A stretch of DNA of 64,000 nucleotides from the NCBI GenBank assembly GCA_046563655.1, contig CM102289.1, forward strand, positions 10,044,001 to 10,108,000, read 5' to 3'. Positions 25,730 to 41,644 of the stretch are shown piece after piece. Under the pieces are notes generated by a model. It did no database searches, had not been told where the DNA came from, and was given only the letters and a program-made list of their open reading frames with translations. Made by a program: the position numbers and the translations under genes. The stretch is from Yuukianura sp. NJ FZ-2021 (Eukaryota). The number at the start of each line of letters is the position of its first letter. The first letter of the stretch is position 1.

Positions 25730-26006
25730 GTTCACTGAAGCACTTTCACTCACATATTGTTTTGCACAAACGAAATTGGCACATTGTTGCACAAAAAAAA
25801 AGTCAACTTTTGCAGTTTTTTTTAAAGAGAAAGTTAACGTTTGTCTTCACTGGCTAAAGTTCTCACGTTCACTGAAGGCCTCTAATCACTCACAAATTGT
25901 TTTGCACAAACGGATTTTGCACAAAAAAGAGTCAACTTGGTTAGTTTTTTTGAAGAGAAAGTTAACGTAGGTCTTCACTGGTCAAAGTTCTCGCGATCAC
26001 TGAAGG
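25730..26006. repeat. Two-copy diverged tandem duplication (~135 bp unit)
   Basis: TTCACTGAAG..CACTCACA..TTGTTTTGCACAAACG..GTCAACTT..AGAGAAAGTTAACGT..GTCTTCACTGG occurs twice. Confidence 0.8.
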
Positions 26007-26043
26007 GCTCCAAGATGGCGGCCGACGACAGCAGAACGCAACC

Positions 26044-26071
26044 TTCTAGAACATTCTAGAACGTTCTAGAA
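26044..26071. promoter_or_regulatory. Perfect six-unit heat shock element (alternating nTTCn/nGAAn)
   Basis: TTCTAGAACATTCTAGAACGTTCTAGAA; a second three-unit HSE at 26305-26317. Confidence 0.55.
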
Positions 26072-26356
26072 ATACAGTGGATCTATACTGCTAAGCAGTG
26101 ACTCCTATATGAAAAAGTTAATGGCTATAATCGGTTTTGGACATAAACAGTAAAGTAGGGAGGGGAGGGGGGGGGGGAGGGGGGTTGACCGTCCATCCAT
26201 TGTTGTCCAAGTATTAGTACTTTTCTATGAAGTAAATTAGTAATGTACTATAATGTACTAATAAACTGCCTACAATAGTCATGGTTCACAGTACTTAATC
26301 TATTTTCTAGAACATTCGATTACTATGTATGAAATCAATCATAGACATTTATTACG

Positions 26357-27052
26357 CTAGCGAATCGCCACCCCCGATCTCAGCTGAAATCGACAATTAC
26401 CCTAGCGAATCGCCACCCCCGATCTCAGCTGAAATCGACAATTACCCTAGCGAATCGCCACCCCCCGATCTCAGCTGAAATCGACAATTACCCTAGCGAA
26501 TCGCCACCCCCGATCTCAGCTGAAATCGACAATTACCCTAGCGAATCGCCACCCCCGATCTCAGCTGAAATCGACAATTACCCTAGCGAATCGCCACCCC
26601 CGATCTCAGCTGAAATCGACAATTACCCTGGCGAATCGCCACCCCCGATCTCAGCTGAAATCGACAATTACCCTGGCGAATCGCCACCCCCGATCTCAGC
26701 TGAAATCGACAATTACCCTGGCGAATCGCCACCCCCGATCTCAGCTGAAATCGGCAATTACCCTGGCGAATCGCCATCTCCGATCTCAGCTGAAATCGAC
26801 AATTACCCTGGCGAATCGCCATCCCCGATCTCAGCTGAAATCGACAATTACCCTGGCGAATCGCCACCCCCGATCTCAGCTGAAATCGGCAATTACCCTG
26901 GCGAATCGCCATCCCCGATCTCAGCTGAAATCGACAATTACCCTGGCGAATCGCCATCCCCGATCTCAGCTGAAATCGACAATTACCCTGGCGAATCGCC
27001 ACCCCCGATCTCAGCTGAAATCGACAATTACCCTAGCGAATCGCCACCCCCC
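26357..27052. repeat. 45-bp tandem satellite, 15 full copies plus a partial
   Basis: Unit CT(A/G)GCGAATCGCCA(C/T)CCCCGATCTCAGCTGAAATCG(A/G)CAATTACC. Confidence 0.98.
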
Positions 27053-27203
27053 ATCTAGGCGCGAATTTGACCATTTGAATTGGAGATTAACAAAACTTTA
27101 GTTTGATTTTTAGAGTGTTAAAAACTAATTATGATTAATAACTATTAACTAACTAATTAATAATTATAAACTAATTAATTATAGATAACATCAGTACAAG
27201 CAA

Positions 27204-29133
27204 ATGAACAATTCAAGATCAGAAGAACTTCCATCACCACCGATACCTGTGAGACGAAGTCTCAGAACAAGAAATACTGGCAGTAGTACCAATGCCAGAA
27301 CAAGTGAGGCCATATATTAATTGCTATTCTTAACTGAATTAACACACTAATTAATACTTGGTTTGATTTTGGAATAGATTATGACGAAAGTCTGGAGCTG
27401 TTGGATGTCACTTTTGCCGAGTCAGAGTCAATGGAGTCAGAAACAGAAGAAGAAGAGGAAGGCGACGATGAAATGCTGCAACTGAAAATCATGCAGGCAG
27501 GAGATGGCACCAACGATTCACTCGCCACTCTGTCAGAATCAGCCATTCGTTATGTTAAAAGTAAGTTTCACTTTAACTAAACATTCATTGTAAGTAGTCT
27601 GGCACTATTTTGTAAACAGATGATCGAGGGTATCGCCAAGTGATGGGGACAAAAGACGTCACTGTCGAATTCAATCCTGAGAAATACTTGGCAGCAACAC
27701 AGCGTATGAAGTACAAGTCACAAGTGTCTTCTACTTTTCAATCTGCGGAGAAGAGCGCAAAGAAACCGAGGAAAGGAAACAGAACTGGCAAAACACGGAA
27801 CGATTCTCTGCCGGAGAGGCCAACTTACACTTCGTCTGTGTCAGCTGACATTGCCAAACTGAAGTTGGAGAGCAGCAGAGTTCCGTCCATGAAGCATGAA
27901 GAGGAAGTGGAACTGTTGATGGCAGATATCGCAAAGGACTTTCCTCGCTGGCAGTACATTCTAAGGTCACTGGACTTTTGAAGACTTTAGCTAACTGTAT
28001 GAGGCTCATCTTGATTTGGAAATGGTTCTATTTCAGAGAGAATTTTAACATCGTCCTGTACGGATTCGGATCCAAAGAACCAATTCTACAAAGTTTCAAG
28101 TCCTTTCTCAACGATGAGTTTATGATTGTAGACATCAACGGACATTTTCCAAAGTTAAAACCTAAGAATGTAAGTTTAGTTTCTAAAATCACACTTCTAA
28201 TACCAACCGGCAGTGAATGTATCAACTGTGCTTGATTGGAACTTTAGGTTCTGCTGAGTTTGTGGGAAGCACTGGATATATCTGGAGATGAATCGCTAGC
28301 CACCACAGGACACAATATTCTGGCAATGGCAGAGTAATTAATTACTAAAACAATTTAACTTTTGTAGAATTCTGATTGCGTTTTGTTGATTGTAATTTGA
28401 TGTTGCAGTGAAATGTATCGTATTCTGAGTACTACGACCCACCCCAGTGTCTATTTTGTGATCCATGGTTTGGATAAACTGGCAGTGGAACAACCAAAGT
28501 TATTTGGAGCATTATGTACCTTATCACAAGTGAGATACCTCCACCTCATAGCTTCAGTTGATCACATCAACACTGGCCTAGGTAAAATTAAATGTTTTGT
28601 AATTAACACAAATTCTAAATCAAAGTTCCAATCATATTGACCTGACCTATCCTATTAAGTACAACTCATGTTTGAATTTTGCAGGAATGGGACATGGTCT
28701 GGTGGTGGATTTGAACATTTACTGGATGGATTCCACCACATTTGCCAAGTACGAAGAGGAACTGAATTATACCAAACAGGAATTGTCTCATGTCCGAGGA
28801 GACGAATCTGCAAAGAGTTCGCTGGAACAAGTTTGGAAATCGCTGACTGCAAATGCGAAGAAGGCCTTTCACATTTTGGCTAACCTTCAGCTGGATGTGA
28901 TGAAGGCCTCTGGTCAGTCCAGTCACAAGAACTTTCCTGGAGTCCCATTCTCAGAACTGTCGCACAAGTGTCGGGAGGCATTCATCGCTCATGGAGAAAT
29001 GCCACTGAGGTCACTACTCACGGAATTCTTAGATCACAAACTAATTCGGTACGCAGGGAAGGGCAAGAAGATTGACAACTTGCTCATCGTCAATATTGAA
29101 ACACAAATACTGGAGGACTTTGTCAAGAGCTAG
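27204..29133 (+). CDS. ORC2: Origin recognition complex subunit 2 (multi-exon; start codon tentative)
   Basis: FPRWQYIL, FNIVLYGFGSK, INGHFP, LIASVDHIN, WMDSTTFAKYEEE, SLTANAK, CREAFI..LRSLLTEFLDHKLI motifs. Confidence 0.93.
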
Positions 29134-29448
29134 CAAAGTATTTGTATTTGTATTTATTTCACTTCAAGTACCCTGCATGCAGGCCATTCAACTTGAGTTT
29201 AAGTTAAAAAAAAAGAAGATGTGTACATTATTTAATTAGTAGGTCAATGAGGACAAATATTGAAAAACATAAGTCAATTTAAAAAGAGTTACATTGGTTA
29301 GAGTTACATTGGAGTACTGTGACTTTAGACGCTGCATGCTAATACAACCAAGGTCTAATTATTTTAATAAATACTTTTGCACTTTAACAAAAACAACAAG
29401 TAGAATGGTAACTTAATTTAACAATTTAAGACTTGGAGTAGGTGAGAG

Positions 29449-30262
29449 TCAAGTGCCAATGTCTCTTAGGGATGACATGATTTGTGGAGCAGCGTGAGGA
29501 CAACTTCGGTACACATTTGAGCAGATTTTGCTGTCTTCCGAATGCGATCCAAGGCGAGCAGCATAGTTGTAGCTCAGTTTCCCACGCGATGCTTTTTCAG
29601 CATGTCGTACCGTGCCGTCACGCCTAATTCCCAAAAATTGTGCCAGTTTTAGAGCGGAAATTCTGAAAAGTAAAGTTGTAAAATACCCGAATAGTTCCAG
29701 AATCCTTTTCTCATCGTCCTTGAGCGATTGATGAGGCTTAGCTGAAAGTTCGCAGACGAGTCTCATGCCACATCCCAACTGGTCGAACTGCAAAACGTCG
29801 TCCAGTGAAGGGTCAAACCGACTCAGCTCAAAATCCGACGATATCTGAGGTTTAGACACTCTCCTCTCACTTTCTCCGAAGCCACTCCTCTGACGCTTCC
29901 GCTCGTTCCAACCCCAACCTTTCTCTGCAATTTCAATCAAATTCTTAAGCTAATTTTTGAGATAATTTTGAAGGTGATTTAAAAGTTGAATTGAAGTTTA
30001 GTTGAAACTTACGAGCTCTCCTGTGTTTTCTGATAGACAGCCAGTAAGTGATGGCAGCGGCTGCTTTGAAGTTCAAAAGTGCTGCTCCAGTCAATCCGAG
30101 TGTCAAAAGTCCAGAGTGTCCAGTGATGACAGACACTGGCATGAGGGGCCTCACAAGGCCAAAGGAACTCGGATGGTCGTGGTCATCATAGTCATGACAG
30201 TGACAGAACGAGGTCAATCCAACAACAACCAAAGTCACACCAATGGCACTTAGGATCTCCAT
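29449..30262 (-). CDS. Secreted DM4/DM12-like arthropod protein (3 exons)
   Basis: Signal peptide MEILSAIGVTLVVVGLTSFCHC; DQLGCGMRLVCEL, YNYAARLG..CSNVYRSCP Cys pattern. Confidence 0.6.
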
Positions 30263-30838
30263 CTAAAAGTTTAAGTTTTGCAAAGTTTTTAGAAAAATAA
30301 GATTGATTTTTTTAAAAGTATTTTCTGAATTACCTTGATTGTGCACTTGAGAGTGCCTTTTGTGGTTCACTGGGTCACGTCCACTCAAGTAAACTTTGAA
30401 ATAGGTGAATTGAGGGATTTTATAATTTCGTAATGTGGAAATTCACTTTCTCCTGCTCACATAACTTCACAATTCAAATGCGTAACAAAGTTGAAGTGTG
30501 TAATTGGAAACCGGTTTGTTACGTGAGAAGGAACTTGTTTTCCAATTGTTTTTCTGGGGATGCCCAACTCACAACTTTCACTCTTGTCATTACATTTTTG
30601 AACTTCTTAAATGAATTTTACTTTTGATGACAAGGTGAGCAGTAGCGTCACGACCAATTCACGTCCAAACAAACTTTGAACATTGGACAATTTTGAAATG
30701 TAATTGGAATTTATGTTGAATTGGTTTAATTTAAAGCTGGAACAAGGACAAAAGTTATCAAAACTTTGTGCTCACAATCACAGATTCCTTTGACTCTAAC
30801 TCTAGCAAATCATAGCTTAAATCATAATTATTGTTAAT

Positions 30839-33221
<2,383 letters not shown>

Positions 33222-35569
33222 TTTCCTCCACTTCACTCTCCGGAGTTTGAAGCCCACTTGGAAGTCTAAAGGCAACTGGACAGAATTTAGTACTTTTGTA
33301 GCTAAATGTGAAGTTGTGATTGTGGAGACTTGAGAAGATAAAAGTAAATTGTGTGAATAGAGTAGTGTTTGTTCACATGCTACATCATCTGTGTGATCAA
33401 GAGTCCAAGGCCGCCCTGTTACACGCAAAATATAAAGTCAAAGTAGTCAACGACATTGAACTCAGACACAGCATATTTCAACTACAAGAAAAGAATCCAA
33501 CTTCATTTCAACTAAAAACAATCTTTCACAAAAAAACAATAGCAATGAAAATGATGAGTATTTTTTACTTCAAAAACCACACGCCAAACTAAGCTCTTCA
33601 ATTAAAGCTCATCAAATTTAGCAATGAACGGAAGGGACATGCAACGAAATGGTTAACTTTTAGATCAATGCGAAGTGGCTAAAGAACTCAAATTTTTAAT
33701 TGTGGAAAAGAGATAAGGACTTACGTAGGCTGTTGGGAATTGATGTGAATGTGTGATAAATAATCAGTCTCACTTAGGAAATACTGAATGTCAGATGAAA
33801 CTCCCGGTTCCAGTTTTCAGGATTTTCTTTTTGGCAAAAATCAATAAAGGGAATTCCGGGCAGAAAACTCTGGAATCTCTCGATAGAAAGCAGCGAACTC
33901 TACGAATTGGGAGAGATGCTGCTCAACAACATTTCTCAAGTTTTTAGTTAGGAGATTTCCTGTGCTTCATTCTTTGAAATGAAAACATGTTGTGGATTTT
34001 TGTGCTTTTCATTTTTTCATTTTGTAGAATAAATTTCCATATTTTGTTGAATGTAGTTGAGAATGTGTGTGATGAATTGTATTTAGCGTGTGTTATGTGA
34101 ATGGAGGTTAGTGATCGATCCATGGAGAGAAGAAAGTGAAAGCAATGCTTTCGTATCCAGGTCCTCCGAGGCACGTGTCACCTCATTTTGTGCCTTACTT
34201 TCTCCAAATCCACTCCATTTCTTATCCTCAACTCTCTACTTGTTGGCTTCCTCCGTTCAATTCCACTTTTATTTAAGTTCATGAGACCATTGAATTATCA
34301 AAATAAGTAAGCATTATACAAGGGATTACAAAAGACAAAGTACACACACTCTACAACCAAAGTCATTTCGAGGTCAAAAGGTCAAAGGAGGTCACAATCC
34401 AAACCCACCTTCAACTGCCACATCCCATCTCACCACAAGTCTAAACTAATTTCCATTCCTCTCACAGTTCTGCTTTCTTCTTTTTCATAAACTAAAAGTG
34501 GAAATCCACAATTTCCAACATCCCATTAAGAATGAGAGACATAAAGATATGTGCGTAACACTTAATGTAACAATTAGTTTTAATTTTAAGTTAACGTAAT
34601 TAATTAATTATCCCATTCATGTCATTCACCATCTCACTTCTCATAAAAATAGTAACTTCAATTTGAGTACAAACTAAAATCCTGTTCATTTTCCCTTTTG
34701 CTGAGTAGATTCTACCAAACGCAAAACTTTTACAAAAACATATTTAAATCTGCAGTTGGGAATGGGTGAAAGTGAGTTAAACTTTTGTTGTCGAAAAAAA
34801 CTACTTTGTTTAGTTTCTGTTTTCTTATTGTAGTTACTTATTGGGAAAGTTTTCAAGGTACATTCACTTTGTGCAATCGTCCAACTTTTTAGTACGCCAC
34901 GTTACTCGACATCTTACAAAAGGAAGTTATTTACACTGTAACTTTTAAGTTTTAGAATAATTTCCAACTAAAATGCCTCCAGTTGATCACTCTCTCACTT
35001 CTTTTTCTGAATTTTTGGATAATCGGATACTACTCCGTTTAAATTTTGTGCGATTTTAGATTTTGAATGACTAAACCAATTCAGCCTTGGAAATCTCCAG
35101 AGTGCAACAACTCTTTTTATGATTTGACAAGACGTGACTCTAAGTTATAAAATTTAGTACTGTTTTAGCACCACTTCGCTCAAAACTTTGTCTTAATTTA
35201 ACCCTTGTTTTCAACTAAAAACTTAAAAAAGAGAGAAATGTGAAAGAAAATTTAGAAATTCAAATCTCTCCTTCGTCATGAGAGAAAGTAATTCCGGAAT
35301 GAGTTTGTAAGTAGTAGAGACTTTAGATTTTGAAAGGTTTTGGGTTTGAAATTGGAGAGTATAGTCACTCACTCTTGCACACCTTTGTAAATATGAGTGG
35401 GTTGATCAGTCAATTGTTAAAAGTGTAAGTATGCCAATAAAAAAAGTGTATGTGGCCAATTTGAGGTTTCATTTGTACAAAGTTGTAGTTTGAGGGATGT
35501 TCTACAATGGTTTTAGGCTTTCCAAGTGTCCATGCCATGATATGGACCAATTTCTTTGTCCAGAGATGT

Positions 35570-37095
35570 TTAGGCTGATGCTGGACTTTTGAGTTTGTTG
35601 AGTTGGCCAGTGAGAGAGTCTGCGTCTGCCACGAAGCTTCGTTTCACTTGCCTCGAACTTCCTTTCTGGAATGCCGTTCGCTTCTCAGCTTCCTGGAAAT
35701 CAAAAAACAAAAAATAATTAGAAACTGTGGTTGAAAAGGAAAGTGGGAGTTTTGAAAATGAGTAAATAATGACAACTGTTAGATGTGGGATTGAGTTAAT
35801 TGGATGGAAAGTAATGGGCGGATGAGGGAAAGTAAAATTGGACTCAAAGGCTAAACTGCATGACAATTCCCATGTCACATCCACTCTGGACTTTTTGTGA
35901 GATTGAAGTTTAGGAGAGAAAGTTGGGTGGATTTTGCGTGGGTTTTGATGAATAGTCTCCTGAGAGGGAATCTGTTTCCAGGAAACAGAAACTGAAAACA
36001 AGAGGATTCCATTTCTCCAGGGAAAATTTACTCTCTCTTTCCCTCTCATAATTGCTTAATGCACTGCTTCTCCGCAACTTTCCCAATTTCACAAAAAAAC
36101 AAGATTCCAAAAAGTTTTCTTCAAAAACAAAGTTATTTCCTATTCTGGAAAACTGTCCGATTACAATTACATCATTAAAATAATAGGATTGGAAAAGGTG
36201 AGTAACGGGATACTTTGTTTTCAAGAAAAAGGTGAAGCAATTTGAATTGATTAATTTTCGTTTTTCATTTTTTGAAAAGTTTCGAATTGTTTTTGGATTT
36301 GTTTAAAAGTGGTAAGTTTACCTTTTTGAGAGCATCTTCAATTGATAGATATTTGCGGAGCGTGTCGTAGGGCGAAGGCTTTTTGTCTGATGCGAGTGAC
36401 CTCTGTGCGATGACTGGAGACACGGCTTCTTTAGCCTTCGGTTGCACAGGGGGTCTCAGGAGAGGAAACTCCTTCTGACCAAGGTGGGTCGGAGCCATGT
36501 TGGATTTGGGCCCACTTTTGAGCGCCACCGGACCCACCGTGGTGGCTTTCACTGGCGGAGATGCTGTGGAAGTAGCACGTTGACCTGCTCTCTTGTCCAT
36601 GTCTGGACCATAGCCAGATAGTTCCTTCAATTCCTCAAGCTCTGTCTCCGGTCGCTCACGAACAATCTCACCCCAAACATCATCATCCTTCTTTGTGTCA
36701 TACAGCAAATTGGCAAGGGCCTACACAAAAAGTTAGGAAAAAGTTGGAACTTTGGAAAACTTTTAAATTCTAAGATCAAAATTTATTTAGATTTGAAAAA
36801 AGTTGTAGTTTTGAGTAACTTTTACCTCGATTTGTGGATTGATGGGCAGATATTGAAGTGGTTGTTTGTGTTCGTAGTAGTCTTGGAGAGTGTCCTCGTA
36901 CTCCGGATCCTGTGCCAGTTCCCACTGATTGGCCTCGTAAGCACCTTCACCCATCATGAGTGGCAGAGCGTAGTCAGAGTCATAGGAGTTGTAGGACTTT
37001 CTGTGCGAACTGCCACTGGGCCACCCCAGGCAACAGGTTGTCAAGGCAACCACCCAAACACAGCACAGCGTCACTTTCGTCATGGACCGAACCAT
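35570..37095 (-). CDS. Putative secreted prohormone/neuropeptide-like precursor, ~263 aa (exons 37095-36826, 36720-36322, 35692-35570)
   Basis: Signal peptide (TLCCVWVVALTTCCLG), acidic/Tyr-rich segments, several dibasic sites (RK, KK, DKR, EKR, VKR); all introns phase 0. Confidence 0.65.
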
Positions 37096-40043
37096 TTCTT
37101 TCTTTTGATAAGCAGATTTCACGAGAAACTGTTGAGACTCCTTGAATTACAAAGAAATGTTTATGAGAACATGCTCTCAAAACCCACTTTCATCCATTCT
37201 TGAGATCCCAAAAGAGAGTATAATGTCTATTGATTCCTTTGACCACAAAAATAGGAACGCAAAACATCTCCCCGGGATGTACAACTCTTGTTATTATAAA
37301 GACGTCTTTAAGCCCAAGTAAAGGAAACTTTGTAGTTTGTGAAAGTGCGTCATTCGAAGGAATAGTTGAGACTGGAGAGGAGAGGGCTCAAGGGATAACA
37401 ATTAACCTCAATGCTCTCCATTCACTTTCTCCAAACAGAAGGCAATTAACTACAAAGTTGGAGGAAGCACAACTCCACTTCAATGTAATGGTGCCAAATA
37501 ATCCAAAATTCATGTAATTCCCATCCCTTCTTTTCCCTCGAGACTCTCCTTGCTCCTTTGAACTTTTTAAACTTTTACTTAGTAAAATTAAAAGTGGCAT
37601 GGGAGTGACGGCAGAGTGAGATCGCCAGCCGCAATATTTTGAGCAGAAAGGCAGGAGCCAACAAGTGGTTTTACTAGAGCAGGGAAATAGAAGGACAGAA
37701 GTAATAAAGAAGTGAAAGTCTACCTACACAGTGGAAACAAGAGGACTTTCTCCCACGCCAAGAAGCTCCTGGGGCTTTTGGACGACTCAGGAAAAAGTAC
37801 GTGATTAGGAGGGAAAACCTTCAACTTTCCTTAACCTCTGACCTTTGCTCCACCAGCAGAACTACTCACAAAACAGCCACCTCCACACTTTTCTAACTCA
37901 ACTTCAACTTAATATCTTGTTTTTTACCTGGAAACTCTCCTGTAAGCCACAAACCAGAGTGAACAAGGCTCAAAACATGTTCTTTTTCCAACTCAGCATG
38001 GAACAAAATGTGGAAATGGAGAAAGGTAGAAAGTCCTGTGAATGTTTTATGCCTCTGGAAGTATGAAGAGTGAGAATGGGCAAAGTGAAAGCAATCCCCC
38101 GGCTCCTGTCAACTTCAGACACAGCAGCCACTCCTCAAATATGCATCACACCAACTACACGATCAAACTGAGGACATTAGCCTACAACTGAGTACTCAAG
38201 TACGTAAGTCATACACAAACCAATTTGTCAGTGCCAAAAACCACCAGTTGCACAATTTATAACTAACCTAAAAGTGACACCAAGTCCATTGTGCACTTGA
38301 TACTCGTGTCACCCTGTGTCCAACTTCTAATCAACTACACAAGTATACAAAACTGTTTAATATTGAGGAGAAAGTTCCTGGAATGCGTCATAAGCGCCTG
38401 GCATGACAAAGTGACACATCGTCTCATCCTAGTTCAAAGTTTTTCTCGTCAAAGTTCATCTTTTGAAGAGTCATGAATAGAAAACTAATGGGACCTCAAT
38501 CTTGTGTCTAATAATTGGAACTTTTAGTCCCTGGAATCGTATGCTTAGTGCCTTTTTTCATTCCTATCCACACATCTTCTCCTTTGGAATTGAGAAAAAT
38601 ACGCCGTGATTGGTCCTTTCTCCACCAACTTCTTTCTAATGAGACTTTTCTCTGCTTTTCCAATTCCTAATGCCTCATCCTCATTTCTCGTGGAGTGGAG
38701 CTAATAATACTCTCAACCACCCACACACTTTTCCTTCAATTTCTAACTTCTCTTGCGAAAGTCATAAGAAGGCAGAGTCGTAGGATTAGCACAGAGACCT
38801 TGCATGTCAACTCCTTTGTGTCGAGGGAAAAGAACCTAAAAATTTTCATTTTGAAACAGACTTTGTCCTCGTCCACCTCCACAATTCACTTTCTCTACGC
38901 CCACGCTCTCGCTTTCCAACAAAAAAGTCATGAAATCCGCTTATACTTTCCCTCCCATATGCTTTCCCTCCTCAAAACTCAAATTTCCGGCCGGATGAAC
39001 TCAACTACCATGAAAATTCAGAGTAAGCAGAATCGAGGGCACATAAAAGAATTCATACACAGCATGCCAACTTTTTACCAAGTTGCAAAATAGGAAATTT
39101 GAAATTTGAGTAAAGGCAACATCAAACCCTGGAGCAGTTCCCTTTCCCTACTTTTTTTTAATCATTTTGTCAAGATCAAAGTTGCTTTCTGATTTGTGCA
39201 AAGAAGAAGTTTGTTGTAGGGATTATTTGGAATTAGGCCTTGTAAGTCCCGAGTCAATTTGTTATCGGACAAAGAGAAAGTGAAGAGAGAAAAGTGAATG
39301 CGTGGGTCAAAGGCCTATCGCCTTGGCTTTTAGCACAAAACAAAGTGAAAGTGGTTTGTGACAAAGTAAAAGAAGTGCTTAAATTGAGTGTTACCTTGAC
39401 GTTGGAGAGAGAAAGTGTAGTTAGTTGTGAAAGTATTGGAGACAATATTAATTATTGTTTGGAGATTGGAGCGATGGTTTGTGTTGGACGTCGAGAGATG
39501 AAATGAGTAGAGTGGGATGGTGGTGGAGAAAGTAGTTGCCACCTACGCACGGCCACCAGCAGCTTCTTCACTCGCTTCTGCGCTCTCTCCCTTCTTCCTT
39601 CTCAATGAACTTTCTCCTCTCCGCCAAATAAGCCCCAACACACCTACTTTGTGTTGCCACAACTTTGGAAAGCCACTTTCAACTTATTCCGTCGTTCCAT
39701 GTCATGCTTCCATTCTTCACCACTCCGAAGACCAAAAAACAAAGATTAGATAGTTTTCAAAGGAAGTTTTGGAAGTTTTCAAAAGTGGAAAGTTAGTTTT
39801 CGTTGTTTAAAGTTAAGTTGATTTGTGTTGCATGAGTCAAGGCGTAATTGCGTCAATTCGTAATTAAGTTGAGTTGTTTACCATCATTGGAGTGGCGATT
39901 CATGAATATTCATTGGCTTTCGTCAACTCCAAAGCACCCATTTCCTTCCAGACCACTTTTGTCTAAAAATGGAGTGAAAGTGGTGAGTTCTAAAAATGTT
40001 TTTGGGTGAGCGCCAAGTTGGGAATGTATGAAAGATAAAAGGC

Positions 40044-40051
40044 TGACGTCA
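40044..40051. promoter_or_regulatory. Palindromic cAMP response element
   Basis: TGACGTCA in the region upstream of the prohormone-like gene. Confidence 0.3.
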
Positions 40052-41644
40052 GTGGAGGCCCAAAATCCGAACCCACAACTTTCTCCGGACTTTCTCCCAG
40101 CCCAAACTTTCTCCAGTTCTAAACGCTTGTGGTCAAATTACTATTTTTAGCACTACAATTTTATTCCACAAGGGAAAGGTTGGGCAAATACCAAATTGGA
40201 TGACGGAAAAGGGGGCGGAGGTTGCTTTCTAATTCCACAAAAATATTCAACGAAAAATCAAAGGACTTTTGGACGCAACATTCCCATTTTACAATCAAAA
40301 GTGTTGGAAAGTCTTTGTTTTTTATGGGCTGAGTTTAGGAAAGTTTGGTTATGGATTTTCACTCTTTTGTAGTTCTGTATGGTGAGGTAAATTTGAAATT
40401 CAATAAAGTCATTTTCCAGTATATTTTTTGTCATATGTTCACACTTGTGTTGGTGGAATGACGCAGTGGCGTTTCTCTTCTGGTTTTTACTGGAGTCGGA
40501 GGGAGGGATGTGGGAGGAAAGCTAAATTTAGAAACTGAAGAAGCTGCTGCTCTTCTGATCTTCGCTGGAGACTTTAAGACGTGCTGCAGCATCTTCTTTT
40601 TCAAAAAAAATTCATTCATAGAAACTGTGTTGGCGCAGCTGGACTCTTACTTGACTTTACACTTCTAACTGTCCCACTGCGGACATTTTCAAATGAAGTA
40701 GAACAAGGATTTGCGTCATCCACTCTGGAAAATAGACGCAGATTGTGTTTCCAATTAGCGCCATTTCCAATTGAGACAAACAGGAATCCAATCTCTAACA
40801 ATTTTGCCAGTAGGCTCTTCTCAACAACAAAAACAAAATAATTTTTGTTTCGGTTTTTTTTTCATGATTTTTATTTGCAAGTTTTTTGAGCCGACTGGTT
40901 TTAAATATTGTTGTGATTTAGTTATTTATGCTTGAGCAATCCAAGCACAAATTTGAAAGGGCTCAAAGAAAGTAATGGAACGGAAACTGAGAATCAGGAT
41001 TCTTATTCAATTTTTGTTCAAAAGGAATCTTGGAAGAATACTTGGAAGAGAGCAGCCTTGGAATTTTTGAGACAAGCAAATTGAAGCCAGCGGCCTTATT
41101 CATGTTATTGATTTTAGACAAAAGTAGGAAAAGTAAGGAAGATGTGAGAATGTTGTCCACCCACGCTAAGAAGAGTGGAGAGAAAGCAGTACACAGCACT
41201 TTCTCCTTCGAATGCTCAAATAGACTACATTTGATTTGTGCCATCTCAGGTACAAACTCAATCAACCTTCCAATCCACTCCAACTTCAATGTTTCTGCTC
41301 CACTTTCACAAAAAAGACAGGAAATGAAGGAAAGTGTTAAACTTTCACCTTAAATCTCAAAGTCACAAATAGTCTCACTCAACTAACTATTTTAATGAAT
41401 CAACTAATTGGGATTTAGACTCTTTTTGTTTTCCATCTTAGTGCAGTGCACCTTAATTCATAAGTTAACTTAGGCGTATCTTCATTAGGATCAAAAGTAT
41501 TTTGTCAACATTTGGAGGAAAGCGTTTTTGTGTAATCAAGGAAACCAGTTTCCAAATCTCTTGTTTGGAGTAACAAATTTGAGTATTGTTATACTTTGTT
41601 TAGTAACTTAAAAAGGTAGTGAATTCGTAGATGACCAAATTGAA

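Noticed and set aside
26357..27052. CRISPR-like array or 15-aa repeat protein (ORF 26583-27002)
   Set aside because: Units are contiguous with no unique spacers, there are no cas genes and the context is eukaryotic; the ORF only reflects the 45-bp period
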